NCBI GenBank assembly: GCA_951406725.2
Contig: OX597816.1
Span: forward strand, 13,454,001 to 13,518,000
Length of the DNA: 64,000 bases
Direction of reading: 5' to 3'
Source: Octopus vulgaris
Taxonomy: Eukaryota
Below the pieces are notes generated by a model that did not search any database, was not told where the DNA came from, and saw only the letters and a program-made list of their open reading frames with translations. The translations under genes were made by a program, and so were the position numbers. Below, piece by piece: positions 61,692 through 64,000 of the stretch (position 1 is the first letter of the stretch; every line of letters begins with the position of its first letter).

Positions 61692-64000
61692 ATGGATACA
61701 CTCAGCATAACAGAGTTCTTAGAGAAAATCAGCGTGACTCAGGTTGGTCCTTTGAAATAGAGCTTGTATTTATTTGTGCCAGCTGAATTAATTGGAGCAA
61801 CGAGAAATAAAGTGTCTTGCTCAAGGAAACAACGCGCCGCCGGGCAGCGAACTCATGATCTCATGATCGTGAGCCGAATACTTAACCACTAAACTATGCA
61901 CTCCTCGCGCATGTATATGTATATCTACACACTTCTTTTCATTTCCAACACATGCAAATTTGTTTAAATATTAGCTTCAAACGTTAGCAAAAGACCAGCA
62001 ATTTCGGAGGCGGGTTACGTCAATTACCTGGTAATTATTTTATCGACTCCAAAAGAATGAAAGAATTCCTCGGTAGAATTTGAACTCAGAGCATGAAGAC
62101 GGACGAAATGTCGCTCAGCATTTTAGCTTCAGCGGTAACGATTCTGCCAGCTCACCGTCCTAGAATCAGACAAAATACTGGTTTCAAATTTTGGCATAAG
62201 GCTATCGATTTCGGGGACAGGTGGTAAGTCGGTTACATATACCCCAGTGCTCAACTGGACTTATTTTATCGACCAGTTCTCTGCCCTAACCTTTATGATC
62301 ATATTACAATCACTAGTCTAAAGACCCATTCATTCCTCTCTTTGGTTTGTTTTGAAATGTTAGAACTGATATTTCAACAAAAAAAAAAACAAACAAACAT
62401 CATCCAATTCCACCTGATACATTAGTCACTCTTCTTGCCATCGCTGTTGTTATTCGCCAGCCAAAATTCATATCAAATACGTTTTTTCCTGATCTATTCT
62501 TAGTTCACAGACATGCAAATTTCTGATACTTCATCCATATTCGCATTTCCTTCTACAAACTTCACCATAAAAAATAAACGAGGGTTGAACTTCAATGACA
62601 TCAACCTCAGTCTGTTCTGAAAAACCAGAAAAAATCAAAAGGATTACAAATCCTACTCGTTCTTGTCTACATGATCAAAAAGAAAAATTCTAAGTCTTGA
62701 GACGAGGTAGTAGTGTCTTTATTGTTACTAATAAACAAGGGAATTTTTTGATAATATCTCAACTTGAAGATTTACGTTAGTAAAGTTTCATTATTTCTAG
62801 CATTGATTCATGGCTGAATATTTGTTAAAGGAAGACTAAATTGGAATAAATCGCCTCTTAGCTTCTTTCCTTTGTCGGTACTTTTGTTGTTAGCTGATCA
62901 AATTATTTAGTAATCAAATGATTACAAGCCCACCTGACCTGTAGCTGAAACGGAATCCAGTTTCTGTGTTGGCTTCGCCATTGAATTCAGCAGAGGAAAC
63001 TAATGAAATGCTTGTTAATTTTATTGTGCCCCCACCCTATGTAAACAACAATAACAACAGCATATTATTCCTATTCAGTGAGGGCCATCTGGAACACAAC
63101 GTATTAGAAATGACAGTGACAGGGGACGAATAGCCAACCTTTCCCATTATACTATGCAATAAACCATGTACGATTTCCCAGAGCAATGAACGTTAACGTT
63201 ATTAACTTCAGGAAAATTTGAGGGAAAATTTGATTTTGTGTTCAAATGTTACCGCACAGAAAATAGGAAAATGAAACAAAATTGTTTGGAATCTTCCTGT
63301 CATTGCCATTCTCCCACCTTTGAGCAATACTCAAACTGCCAGTCACTGTAGCAGAGAACAAAGTGTCACAGGCTATGAACTGCCAATTACTTAGGTTCAG
63401 AGATCATGCCTAACGCTATTTAGATTTCGTCTAGACGTTCAAAGACTATTTAAGCGTTTTGTTATTATTTTCAAGTCTTCTCCGCCATCTACTGGTTCAC
63501 TAATCGCTACAATACACGCCAATAATGTCTATACTTATAATAATCAAAAAGTATGTCTTTGTAAAATTACCTTCAGCGTTGATTAAGTTATACTGTGATC
63601 TGTTTAAGAAACAGCTAGACAATTATATGGGGGTCCTTGCTAACAAATTGTTCGTTTCGAGTAGATTACGTTTAAAATTTTTGTTGTTTTCCTGTGTTAT
63701 TAGAGAAAAATAGAGAGCAGAGCAGTGATTGAGTAAACAGAGGTAGAAGTTAGAACAGAGAGAGAGGAACAGAGAGAGAATGACAAATGAAACGAAGTTA
63801 AAAAGACTGTTAAGCTTCGTAGTTACAGACACTCAAGGAAAGGTCAAATTATATTTACACAAAAAATAAAGACAGCGCCAACAGATAAATATAGGAAAGG
63901 AAAAAAGGCGCAAATTAAGTTTGATATCGAGATGGGGATAAACGTGAAGAAAATTAGATTACAAGTTGGAACTGTAAACCTTGTTATCTTTATGTGTAAC

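Overview
AT-rich, repeat-dense eukaryotic non-coding DNA. The long (TA)n/(CA)n/(TATG)n/(GATA)n/(AAT)n tracts and tRNA-headed SINEs look like a coleoid cephalopod (Octopus-like) intron or intergenic region; this is an inference from pattern recognition, not a database hit. No host exon, rRNA, true tRNA or CRISPR array can be supported, and most ORFs in the supplied track are microsatellite artefacts. The window holds about 40 SINE copies in five families (working labels A-E, defined in the features), decayed LINEs (R4/Dong, Tx1/L1-like, CR1/L2-like), decayed DNA transposons (mariner x4, hAT, Chapaev3-like), three non-autonomous Helitrons and several hammerhead-ribozyme motifs in Penelope-like repeats. 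Four observations stand out. (1) Two divergent copies of a gag/ORF1-only retroelement both join SINE-A at the same position just 3' of the tRNA A-box. Both carry a conserved 3'UTR motif complementary to that junction, and one copy has a SINE-C head cut at the homologous position on its 5' side. This is a candidate site-specific parasite of SINEs. (2) Two Helitrons are flanked by 28-30 bp direct repeats, although Helitrons normally make no TSD. (3) A complete type I hammerhead lies at 26341-26449 (-), with related motifs elsewhere that show covariation. (4) SINE-B forms recurrent head-to-tail concatemers with a fixed junction. Coordinates were read by eye and may be off by a few bases.
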